NCBI GenBank assembly: GCA_000320545.1
Contig: ADNK01001326.1
Span: forward strand, 68,392 to 132,391
Length of the DNA: 64,000 nt
Reading direction: 5' to 3'
From: Bigelowiella natans CCMP2755
Lineage: Eukaryota; Protista; Cercozoa
A program made the position numbers and the translations under genes. Under the pieces are notes generated by a model. It ran no database searches. It worked only from the letters and a program-made list of their open reading frames with translations, and was not told the origin of the DNA. Below, piece after piece: positions 1 through 12,161 of the stretch; position 1 is the stretch's first letter; every line of letters starts with the position of its first letter.

Positions 1-196
1 TGTTGCCGGCGAGAGTGCTAGAGTGTGTCGCTAGCTTGGCTCATCTAGTCATGAGTACACACACATCTAGACGTGCAGCAGTTTGACAATTGAAAACAAC
101 TCAATCACTTGGATCTGGAGGCACATTGGATGCATCTGCAATGTGTAGAGCAACATTGCACAGCTTCACATAAGGACAACCTAGCAATGGCAACTA

Positions 197-235
197 GACA
201 ATTGGAAGAATTTAACATTCATTGCATCCGTCTCG
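197..235. mobile_element. Degenerate right-hand terminal inverted repeat of the MITE-like family; its partner would lie left of the window
   Basis: gacaattggaagaatttaacattcattgcatccgtctcg aligns by eye with the right TIR at ~51185-51225 (gaccattgaaaaaatttaaatctttcattacatccgtctca). A weaker copy lies at ~84-110. Confidence 0.6.
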
Positions 236-543
236 CATGCTAGCATGGTTTAATTGCACTCATACTAGCATAGGAGGCCAGCGCGCAGTTACATCTCCCA
301 ATGCGATGGCTTTGCAGCGCGCTACATCAGCCGGAGTTGCACAAGCACTACATCAAAATCTGTCTAATAGGAAATAAATCCGCGAAATGTTAAAAAGTAA
401 CAGCTACGTGTTTCACAAAACTCAATTAGAGGAGCCCTCTTCTCCTTCAGAATGAGTTGTTTTGAATTTTGAGCAATGCGAGTCATCATGATTATCAATG
501 AAGATGCTGTATCCTCTGCACTTTCTGCTACTACTTGGAACGC

Positions 544-2742
544 CTATTGACTCTTTTTCTCTTCAGAAGGAGCTTCCGAATTGTCTTCAGGTTTCATGGC
601 GGGGAACAATAGAACCTCCTTGATGTTATGCTTCCCAGCGAGAAGCATTGTCATGCGATCGATGCCCATGCCCCATCCTGCGGTCGGAGGGAGTCCATGT
701 TCCATCGCAGTGCAAAAATCAGTATCAATGTACATAGCTTCAAGATCCCCTTCAGATTTTGCACGTGCTTGGTCTTCAAATCGTTGTCGTTGCACGACAG
801 GATTATTCAATTCAGTGTAAGCATTACAGAGCTCTCGTTTGAGAACGAAAAGTTCAAAACGTTCTGTCATTCCAGGCTTGCTTCGATGATACCTGCAGTA
901 TTTACATTAGATTTTTATTCATCGTATGGCGCAATAAGTTATCTGCTGACATTCTCACGATATAAAATTGAACAACTTACTTTGCCAATGGACTCATGAT
1001 GGCTGGATGATCGATTATAAACCCAGGATTCATGCATTGAGACTCAAGATACTTTGCGACCAACTTATCGATCATACGTGCTGTTGATCTTGGGGCAGAA
1101 CAGTCGACTTCAAGTTCCGTTAGCTTCTTATCGAGATAACTACGTGCTTTCTCACTTTCGAGTGGAAGTGGGATATCAATCCCGTGCTCTTTGAGACCGT
1201 CAATCATTGGTATCCTTCTCCAAGGTGGCGAGAAATCGACTGTGATTGGTTTTGCATCTGGATCATCGATGAAATTTCCTTTTTCATCCTTTTTCTGCTC
1301 AGGTGGTACCGTTACCTTATAGCTCCCGCAGATGTTCTTCACCATGCCGGATATCATTTCTTCAGTTACCTTCATGAGATCGTTGTAGTCGGCATAGGCC
1401 CAATAGAATTCGCATGTCGTGAATTCAGGGTTATGTGTAAGATCGATGCCCTCGTTGCGGAATTGGCGACCGATTTCATAAACACGGTCCATACCCCCGA
1501 TGATTAGCGTCTTCAAATACAACTCAGGGGCCACACGCATGTACATCTTCATCTTAAGTTCGTTGTGCTCAGTTTCGAAAGGCCTTGCAGTCGCCCCTCC
1601 AGGAATCATGTTCATCATGGGAGTTTCTACTTCCAAGAATCCCCTGGAATCAAGATATCTACGGATGTAGTTAATGATTTGAGAGCGCACATAGAAAGTC
1701 CTTTTTACGGCGGGGTTCATAATCATATCCAGATATCGCTTTCGGAAGCGAATCTCAGCTCCCAGACCAACACGAGGTGGGGGAAGCATATGAAGGCACG
1801 GTGCAAGAAGTTTCAGTTCTGTTGCAAAAATGCTAAGTTCTTTGGTCTTCGTACGTCCAGGATTTCCAACCACACCTACGACGTCTCCCCTGCGGACTAG
1901 CCTCACTATATTCTCAAATTCCTCTTTATTCTTCGCCGCCCTTGAAAAAAATGCCTCATCAGAATTGATTGAGGGACGAGATACATTTTCGTGTCACATA
2001 CCCTGCATTAGCAAAAATCTGAATTTTGGCATCATCCGCCTCAATGAAGAGGAAAGTTAGTTTGCCGCTGGGAGCCTTTCGTGTAATTCGGCCTACCCAG
2101 GAGTATCACCACATTGATACAACCATCACTTCAAATTAAGTTGATGCTTAGGCAGGGACTGAAAAGATATAATATTACCAGCAAGACTCGTGGAGACCTG
2201 ATCCAGTCTCTCGCCTGGCTTAACATTTTCATACTTCTTAATGAAGTAAGGAATACTCATCTTTGCCTCAAATTTGTGGGGGTAAGCATTGAATCCCTCA
2301 GCTTTGAGCTTCTCCATTTTCTTGGTACGGATTTCATAGTATTGCTGTAATTCCATATATCATCAGAAAAAAATCATCATCTCGAGGCTACTGATTGCAC
2401 CTACATTTGGGTCCAAAGATTCTAACTCATCGTCATCCTTCTTCTTCTTCTTCGGTTTCGCCGCTTCCCTTTTAGCTTTCTCAGCTGCTTTGAGCTTGTT
2501 CTTCTCTTCCTTTTCCCGCTTCTTCTTGATCTTCTTCCATTTACTGTTAACGGACGGGGATTTAGATGTTGCATCGCAATTACAACACCAAGGTGTACCT
2601 TTTTGAGTATTGTTTCCCCGTTTCAGGGTCAATAGGAATCTCTTCTTTCACCTGTTAATAGGCATATCATCTAAGCAACATAGATTATGGAAAATCGAAC
2701 TTGATGTTCAAATACCCGTTCGTGGGGTGGTGGTGCAGACAT
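544..2742 (-). CDS. KARS: Lysyl-tRNA synthetase, class II (eukaryotic cytosolic type); 7 exons
   Basis: Motifs [46 protein letters not shown] and [14 protein letters not shown]. In-phase GT-AG exons: 2716-2742, 2599-2651, 2405-2543, 2179-2344, 2002-2092, 981-1940, 544-892. An extra in-frame ATG lies upstream at 2856. Confidence 0.97.
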
Positions 2743-2967
2743 TGCGAGTAGTGATGGGATGTGTTTTAGGTGAGGCAGCAGCAGCAGAGCAGCAGCTTGT
2801 CGAGCTCCGAGGTAATAAGATTGTTTCTGAGCTGTTGTCGTACAATAAGAATACATTGCATTTTTGTAGTCGATTGCACTTAACCTCGCGGAGATTTCCG
2901 AGCCACGCAATTTGTGCGCATGTATTCTCTGGGAAGTTCCTTCGGGGACTGTAAGAAAGCGATATTT

Positions 2968-3002
2968 TAAATAAATAAATAAATTATTTATTTATTTATT
3001 TA
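2968..3002. promoter_or_regulatory. AT-only perfect inverted repeat (16-bp arms, 3-nt loop) in the KARS/ankyrin-gene divergent promoter
   Basis: taaataaataaataaa-tta-tttatttatttattta, midway between the KARS ATGs (2742/2856) and the + strand ATG at 3122. The regulatory role is inferred from position only. Confidence 0.55.
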
Positions 3003-3121
3003 TTTTATTTGTTGCAAGCAAAAGAAAGAAAGAAAGTCATCCTCACATTCCCCTTTCCAAGATGTGTTCGCACAGATAAAGAAGACAGGCAAGGAATGGG
3101 ATCTCATGTTGCACGAATAAT

Positions 3122-5186
3122 ATGAGGAGTCGTCCCGGAAAGAGTAGCAAAATGCAAAAGTCGAATGCTGCGTCAAGGCCTGATGGAGCACTTTTTCTAA
3201 TGGCCCTAAATTCACTCGAGGTGCAACTTATCAATCTACTCTAATCTCGGGAAGAAAATAAGAAATTAAATTTAGGTAATCGGTGAAAGTAAAGCTCTTG
3301 GGGTGAACTCTATGTGTGTAACCCCTAGAATACGGTAAACAATTGCGAAAAAAGAATGGTAGCATCGGAAATGAGTGTTACTCTTCTTTAGGTCAGAATT
3401 TTCGTACTACCTGAAGAATGCAAAGAAGAAACTCTCTCATGTGCTTATAATTATCTGGGATTTTGTTTCTATAGAATTTAATATAGTGTTTATTAGATCG
3501 TCTTAAACCACATCTACAAGATGTTTTCTTCCGGCGACATAAACGGTTTCGATGATCATGGATTTACAGTAAGTGCTGCTACCATCGGAGAACTGTGCGC
3601 GTGCACTCACTTTTGAAATTTCACCATTCAGCCTCTCCATTACATGGCCCTCTTTGATCTGCATCATGTACTAGCCCAATTCGTAGCTGGAGGGGTAACT
3701 TCGAGAATCCTTTATGATCACAAAATAATTTCTTCTTACAATACATTGCTGTTCATGGCCAGGTGTCGTTCAAGATGGTTGGTGACCCACACATTAATGT
3801 AAGATGATCTTAGATATATTACATAGCTGTTTAATTGAAAGAACTCGTCATAAATATTTATGTTTTGCATTTAGGTCACTGCGCTTCAACTTGCCACTTA
3901 CCTATATCCCCAATCTCGAATACGCTCTCTGGTATAATTGTCTAGGATCCAGTTTAAATGAAATTTAAACGATTTTTTGAATTACTAAGATTGTGAAGGC
4001 AACGTCCAACAAAAACGTCCGCCCAATATCGAGGCGTAAGCAACGAATAGCTGTAAGGTTAACAAAGCAACAGCTGAAAAGGAAATTGAAGTTGTGTCAA
4101 ACAACTCAACCAAGAGAAATAATGGATGTACAGGTCTTCCTAGTTAATCTCTTTGCCTGTGATGATTAATATAAGTAGTATAAAATATATACCAAGAAGC
4201 AAAAATAATTCCTATTTATTTCTTGATCTCTTTGCAGAAGAAAAAAGGAGAAGCAGACCTTACTGCAGTATCATATCGAGACGAACCAGTCAGATTCCCA
4301 GATCTGATGCTTCTCAATAGAAGCTGCAATATACCTGCATTCATCACCGATAAATATGGTGCTATCAATATTCTACAATAATTTTGTGATTCCTGATTTT
4401 TTGGTAACATTGCAGCGAGCTCAATTTTAACAAATCTCTACTGGATGCAACTTATGGATGTAAAGCATCTCCTCGATGACCAAAAGTCATACCGAAATGC
4501 AAAGAAAGTGTTTCAAATGATGAGGATGTCCTTGACTCAACCCAACGATGAACAAGTTGTAAGAAGGTGAAAATTCTCTTCCGAACTTTTATTCCGGTTT
4601 TACATAGTTGTAACTGCCTCAGGTTCATGTCTTTTTCACCGCTGGTCCACACGCAATTTTTATTAGAACTTCACAAAGTAAAGATGAGTAAAAGTCTAAA
4701 ATTATCCATTCAATTGACTCATTTTAAATTTAAATATTATGTTGAGACTGGACCATTCCTAGAGCAGCTGACTAGGGAGATTGAACAGAAGAAGCGGAGA
4801 TCTAGCTATGAACTATCGGAGCTCATGGTATGCAATTCGCCTACAGCTTTACATGTGTTTCGTTTTACTCCAGTCACAACTTCATTGTATCGTGAAATCA
4901 GGAATCAATGCGTCACGTTATTCAGAGGTTAAAATGGATATGCCTATCATGCATTGCAAAGGTGGAGTCAATTAGACCGTATCAAAACATGCAGCAACCA
5001 GCGACGGAGAAGCCATCATTGATGATGGTATCTCGAACACAGTACGTTCAGCAAAGCAGAATAAGACAACGACCTTTGCCGAAAACTCGCCTACAAGCGG
5101 TATCTCGCAATCCAAAAGGCATTTCTCATCTGAGATTTAGTCAGAAAGTTAGCCAAAGCAATGAACAATTGAAGTCAGCACGCTAA
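3122..5186 (+). CDS. Multi-exon protein with ankyrin-repeat-like motifs; 3' exon structure uncertain
   Basis: In-phase short exons give MRSRPGKSSK...IVLNHIYKMFSSGDINGFDDHGFT|PLHYMALFDLHHVLAQFVAGG|VSFKMVGDPHIN|VTALQLATYLYPQSRIRSL. GFTPLH and VTALQLA match the ankyrin consensus. The last ORF segment (4908-5186) contains WICLSC. Confidence 0.55.
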
Positions 5187-6319
5187 TAGCCAATCTATCA
5201 TCAGAGCGTGAGATTGCATCGACTATCAAGCCAAATTTACTGATACGAATAAAGGGTTTCCCAAAATACGCCTCGAAGCGCTGCTATCATTGCGTGATGA
5301 ACGAACGACAGAACGTTACAGGCATGCACATAGATCCTGATATCATGGCATTCTCGAACTACTTCAGCTTGGCGTGGGTGTTGGATCGAAAGCTCAAGTC
5401 TGTATGTGCCTGCACATGCTCAGTGACGAAAACAATCAGCAGCGTTATTCATTGTTTGATCCGAAATGACAACGCTACGATATTGTTAGCAAGGCAGCAG
5501 AACAACAACAACTAGAACAAGCGCAGCTAGCAAAGTAACCGCAGCGGTGTACTCACCGTATAACCGCATTGGCCCTGCCAGCAATCTAGCAATGCCAGCT
5601 ACGCAACAAGCTCTTGCTAGCTTGGTTCGAAGAGTGAACAAGCACAGCAGCAATGACAACTGTATCGTCACAGATCACTAGATCATGTCATGATTGCTCG
5701 CAGAATGCATCTAGACATCCTAGCTAAAATGAATGATGCCATCTAGCCATCTTTAGATCTAGCTAGCTAGCCATGTCGTAGCCATGTAGTGTGGCACTAG
5801 AGCACTACTAGCTCTAGAGCTAGCTACACCATGAGCTAGGTAGTCCGCCAGAGAGTATAAGGCTAGCTAGACAGGCGAGCTAGCTAGGCAGTGTTAGAGC
5901 ACTAGAACATGGCTTCTTGCCATAGGGCTCTAAGCTTGTCTCCATTGTACATGCAGTCTTGTAGTGCTAGAGTGGGGCACCTTGATTGCACAGTGCGTGC
6001 TGCTGTGATGATGTGATGATTGATAGTGGTTGCGCTACATGCTTGAAGTGTTTTGACACAAGATCTAGCGAATGAAATACACTGAAAGCCAGAGTAGCAC
6101 AACATGGAAAAGCCACACGGTTTGAAGTGCGCTGATTAAAACGAACAGACGGAAATCGTAGCGTGGCGAAATGGCAGCGTCAATTAAACGATCAATTGGT
6201 CAGGTTCATGTTCTAACGGATGTGTTGCATGCAGCGCATGTAACTATCATCTACCCTCTATCAATGATCGCGGCTTGCTCATGGAATTTGCAGCCTACGC
6301 AAATACCCATCTCTTCGTG

Positions 6320-6454
6320 GTCTTCACACAAATCCATCCCGTTGCTTAACAGCTTCTTCTTGTAAACCGAATTTAGCTTTGCTACTCTCTTTTGTCTTTC
6401 TTGTCACATAGCTGAACACACAATACTCATATCAAAATTGGAACATAATTTCTG

Positions 6455-6495
<41 letters not shown>

Positions 6496-6806
6496 ATGTG
6501 TCTGTGTTTCTATATATTTTTACAAAAAAAGAAAGTTGACACCCTTTCAACCACTCGTCCATTTTTTGCGGGTCCTTGAGTATCACATCGACTTCTCCAC
6601 GTGTTAGTCCTTGCATCATAGATCGATTATTAGATTCTATGATCACTACGAAATTCCAAAGTGCACAAACCATCTTCCAGCATCTTCGTCTGCAGGTTTC
6701 GGCTGCTTTGAAGAACATGTTCGCGAATATTCTCCGCACATTCAATTTGCCGATCGCGTTTTCTGATTTTAGTTATCATAATTGTCATCAGTGTCCCCCT
6801 CCCGCG

Positions 6807-6856
<50 letters not shown>

Positions 6857-8553
6857 TTTTCTCCTTTGTAGATCACAGAACCATTAGTATTTTTGGTACA
6901 ACTGTCGAAACACTTACACCATCTCTCTATGTCTGGTTGCTCCTCATTTGAGGATGATTCTTTACGTTGCAAGTATATCACTAATATCATACTTGATCGA
7001 TTCTGATAGTTGTCCCTTTAATTGTGCAAGTTCAATCTGACTGATCTATACAAATGGTAAAAGCAAGTACGGAAGAATTTCAACAGTAAGCGTAGACATT
7101 ATAATAGTACTAGAAGAGGAAGAAGAAGAATACTGTACTGGTGATGTATTAGTAATTGCAAGATACTATACCGATCCGCTCTCGATCGCTCTCATGATTT
7201 CCTCCTCTGCTAAATTCCTGATAGAAATGGAAAGTAGATCATGATGTCCATGAGGGGCAGCCATGCACGTAAACGTTTCTGATAATTCTTGTGTGATGCA
7301 TCGTACGAACAAATCCACATTAATACACAGTATCATACTTTCTTTCCCTCATTTCCCTTCTTCTCCCCTCTATGTATCTTTCCATCAAAACAAAATATGC
7401 GATGTTGGAAAGAGAGGGGAGTGCACTTTTCTGTCGCTTTGTTCAATTGTAGTTGTACACGTTGTAGCGGTGCAATTGGATGTTTACTCTTATCACCTGT
7501 CTCCTTGCTGGAACAGCTTTATTGCGCCTTCCAAAGCAGGAGAAATTTCTGGCATAACGCACAAAAAGGTGGTGGATTGTGCTAAATTAGAAATTTTATA
7601 TAATCTACACTTTGGCGGTGGTGGTGGTAGTTATTCCTATGCCTATATGCTTTCTTCACAAATTATTTACGAAATGTCTCCCTATAAGTAATGGAAGAAA
7701 CAGAGAGCACAGAGTCCAATAATAAGTTACTTAAAAATCAGCAGGAGGTAGTTGTCTGTGTTGTACATAGTAGAATAAGTAGTAGGAGCAGCAGTAGTTG
7801 TGCAATGTGTACGTGTATGTGTGTGTGTGTGCGTTTGTCTGCTTTGTTTTATACTTGGAGCAATAACGCCCGTACTGCTTGTACATCTCGTCGCTGTTGT
7901 TCCCTCCATATGCACCATTCTAACGAGCAAAGGAAAGGTTTGGAGGTTAGATGAAAGGAAAGGAGAGGGGGGGGGATTACATTACTTGTCACGGCCTGTT
8001 TTATTCTTCTCTTCCTGCTCGTATATTGATTTTTCCGGTAAATGATCGTTATCGAGACGAGATGCGTTGAAGTTTTGCGTTTGTTCATCATTATCATCTT
8101 GCCCTTTGGTGTTATCTCGGTTTTCGTCGCCAAAAGTATAACCTTCTAGCAGCCAATATTAGTTGTCACTATGACTTACACAGTAAGCAAAAATGGAGGA
8201 GGAAGACGGGGGTATGGAAGACGATTTCACCTACCTTCATCTTCTCCCTCTTCTTCTTCGTCCGGAATATTACCAAAATATTCGTCGTAGTTTTGAGGAG
8301 TAGTCAAAGGTCTGTAAGTAAAATAGAACAACCGCAACAACAACAAGAACACCTGAATGAATTAACGGGGACATAGAGGGAGCAAAACAAACATGGATAT
8401 ATTACGCATTGGTGAATATAGGTTGATACCGTTTGGTGCAAGGGTTATCTATCTTCCAATTGGGATATCTATATGATGATAATAATGATGAAGAAGAATA
8501 CGATGATGAAGATTGCGATGATATACTCCTAAAACGAATATACTACTACTACA

Positions 8554-8587
<34 letters not shown>

Positions 8588-11500
8588 ACTACTACTTACT
8601 CCTACTTACTACTATTACTACAGAAGAGAACAAGAAGAGATATGAGGGGAAAAAAGCAGCAAATATCAAATTACGCTCATGCCACAATAAGATAGGCATC
8701 GTCTTCGTTGTCGTTGAAGCACACACGCACACACACATATTGATCAATTTGGTTCACATAACCCTGAAAAGTTCTTGGGCGTTTCCACAGATTGCAGCCT
8801 GCGGGGGGGGGATCCTATTGAAGTGGGAAAACAGAAAAAGAAATGTTTGACAACGATTACTGCTGCTGCTACTACTACTACTACTACTACTCCCCTTGCA
8901 TTGTGATACTTCTTTACTTACAGGTGGATTATCCTGTCTACGTCTATTTCTTTTCATAAAGATATGTCGCTACTACTCGTCAGTATTATACTGCTGCTGT
9001 ATATACCAAGTGCTGCTCGTAGGTTTGTCACAAAGGAGTTGGCTGAACAAGGCAGCAATTAGTTTTATCCAGAAACAAGTAAGTAGACCAACGAAACAAG
9101 AATATGATGCTGCAGGTTGCATTTCGGAGTAGTAATTGAGAAAAAGAAAAGAAAAACCTGGCTCAAGCAAGCCTTCTCCAAATGAATAAGGACGAAAGAA
9201 GCTTATTGACTGATTTAGAAGAGGAGGAAAAAAATTATGAAACGAAGTACCAATATTATCCACCAACATATCAGCATCATTATCACCATCATCATCGTCA
9301 TCGTCATCATCTTACACGGATTGGGTTGTGCAGGTCGTTCCAATCTTGCCCGACGAGGTTGATTTGGAATCCCCATCTTTTTCATGAGCAAATAAGTAAC
9401 CAAGTAAGTAAGGGGAAGCAGGAGGAGAAGAAGAAGGAGGGGGGGGATGAGGGAGGAGGAGGAGGAGGAGGAGGAGGAGGAGGAGGAGGAGGAGGAGGAG
9501 GGAGAGGATAGTCACATAATGTCAGCAATGAATTAGATAGTTGGCAGCATAAGAAAGAGTAGATTTCGTTAGGTATTTTTCGTTGAGTTTTATTTTCATC
9601 ATGGTAGAAAGAAAATATACTGCTACTACTACACACTACTGGAACTTCTGATACTAGTACTGTTGGTATGCGATAATTATGGGAACAACTTCTAATACTA
9701 GTACTGTTGGTATGCGATAATTATGGGAAAGCGCCCCCCCTTCTTGACGTCCGGTTCACCTTATGGTGGTGGGTGCACAATGTTAATAGCGATTAATATT
9801 TATAATAAACCATACACCACCACCACCACCACCACCATTTTTTTACATACACCAAGAAGAAGAGGAGCAACTACTACCACTACTACTACTACTACTACCA
9901 CCACTACTGTTACCACAACTAAAACAACTACTACTTATCCTACCAAATTCAGCAACAATATCCGGTCCCACTTGGTCGAGAGTTACATTATAAGGAAGAG
10001 GACGTCTAGATATTGTTATTGTTGTTGTAGTGATTGTTGGTTTTAACAGTGGTGCACGTGGATAAATCTACGCGAGTATATAGCATGCATGTATGTGAAT
10101 CATAATTTTGTTGCATGTACCACCACCGCCACCATGCAACAATGAATGGTCATCATGACGATCAACCTACTCCCCACAGATGATGTGTGTGATATGACAA
10201 TCAAGTAATCTTCTCTCTGCAACACTACTCGTATCTGGAGAATCCCTTGCAATGATTGTAGACCGTGATCAGAGAAAGCCGAAACTCGCCTTTCCTATCC
10301 GCTTCAAAACTTAACGAAATTCCGTTTAAACGGTAATTTCTGCAAGTAACAATGAGAGAAATGAGCACCCGATTCTTCTTCTAAATAATATCTGCGTTAG
10401 AGACTACTACTAGTGACACTATGACTATCACTGATACTACCTATAATGGCAACCCTCAAAACTACGTGTGTCGGTCGGATTTACGGAAGTGGGAATGCCG
10501 ATGGCCTCTCGCAACTGTTAAAATTCAAAACGAAGAGAGATCAACGAACAAAATGGTGAGATTTTTAGGAAGGGATTAGTTTTCTTTGAAACAAATAGCG
10601 AGTCTAACTAATTGAATATAGTATGCTCGTCATCTTAACCTTTTCATTAAGTTGGCTCATCTTCAATCCTAAGACGAAGTAGAATGGATGGCTCCTTCAA
10701 AAAGAAATTTACTATCTCAAAACCTTTTTTACAATAAATTATGATTGAACAACCAATCTAAACCTGATTATTTCCTCTCTAGGCGGACAAGTCTTCATTT
10801 TTGTTCTGGGTTTTCTCAAACTGAAAGAAATGTGATCTCTTTTCAAAATGAAGATAGACAATAGGAAGAGGCGATTTAAATTGTTATATAAATTAGATAC
10901 TGGTTTCTATCGATAATGGCGTCGGCGAAACGTTGCGAGCCGAACTCAGATTTTAGCTTTTCAGAAGTTCCATCAGGTGCTTGTTTCCTGTATTTAAACC
11001 TTCTTCTTTCAGTTTGCTTTCGAGTAAAGAACAGAAATAAATGAACTAACGTACAGTGACGACAGTATGGAAGAGTTGACTATCCTCATTATACCATCTG
11101 CGAGAACAACAATACGTGATACAACATATATTCTTGATGCAACACTCAAACAAAAAAAGAGTTCAAACTCAGCTTGTTAACCTTGAAACGAGATTTTCGT
11201 ACTTCGAAAGCCACCCCTAGATTGAAATGGGTCTGCAAAATCCTGCAGCAAGCCAAAAGGATGAAAATTATGTAAATCGATGCGTGAGATGAAGTAGTGC
11301 GAGCAGTACTGCTAGGATTGTTTGTTAAACATGAAAACAACCCATGGAGCCTTCCAGTCCTCTGGATGCAATGGCAATTCACCGGGATCTGGAGAATTGA
11401 TGCCTTGAAGAAAACTACCTCTCATCGAATGTTGCAATGAACTAGAATTGCTCCTTCCTGGATGATGAATAGTTGGAATGGCACCGAGGAGGCCAGCCGG

Positions 11501-11674
11501 CAAGCTGTGCGCATGTGAGATTGCTGATGCGGCGGTTGCACGAGAGAACGTCCCTTCCCTGCCATGCCTCTCATATTTCTTGTTTTCATCAACACTCCAC
11601 CATGTGTGTCTCCGACACAGCAGTACGAATGTCATCAATGCAAGGAGCCTGTTGTTTAAATGAGCAATAACCAT
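6320..11674 (-). CDS. Hypothetical multi-exon protein (>15 exons) with a hydrophobic N-terminus; 3' end approximate
   Basis: In-phase GT-AG exon chain from 11674 to ~9150: MVIAHLNNRLLALMTFVLLC...WKAPW|DFADPF...|LREAIGIPTSVNPTDTRSFEGCHYR|NYRLNG...FSRYE|RPLPYNVTLDQVGPDIVAEFG|EPDVKKGGRFPIIIAYQ|QWGFQINLVGQDWNDLHNPIR|SISFFRPY. Further exon-like segments continue to ~6320. Confidence 0.6.
9643..9729. repeat. Two-copy 44-bp tandem duplication spanning an exon end and splice donor
   Basis: aacttct(g/a)atactagtactgttggtatgcgataattatgggaa at 9643 and again at 9687. Confidence 0.9.
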
Positions 11675-11913
11675 TCATTTCTGGTTGATGAACGCGCACA
11701 CTAACTGCACCTAATTTCACCACACCTGAACTCAGTCCATCGCCGAGGCGATGTTATCCGAGTTCTGCGCATGCGTTCCTCCTCCTCCAGCTCCTTTTCC
11801 TCCTCCTCCTCATTAATAATTGAAGAATATGATCGTTTGAAATTTGAAAGTAGTCATGTTAGGGTAGTTCCTTGACCAATAAGGTCTTCCCAGTCTAGAT
11901 CTAAAAATAGAAC

Positions 11914-11914
<1 letters not shown>

Positions 11915-11980
<66 letters not shown>
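11915..11980. repeat. (GTT)22 microsatellite in a divergent intergenic region
   Basis: Perfect trinucleotide run read directly. Confidence 0.95.
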
Positions 11981-11982
<2 letters not shown>

Positions 11983-12161
11983 CGTAATTGTTGTCGGATT
12001 AAACTTGAAACTCTACCAAATCCTACACTCCTCCCCTCCTCCTGGTGCTGCGATGTTGTGTAACGCACAAAAGAAGGGAGAGGAGAGAAACGATCGGAAA
12101 AGAGGCTGGGATTGAAGTCAACTTTAGGGACGAAAGGGTGAACAGAGGTTACTTAGCGAAG

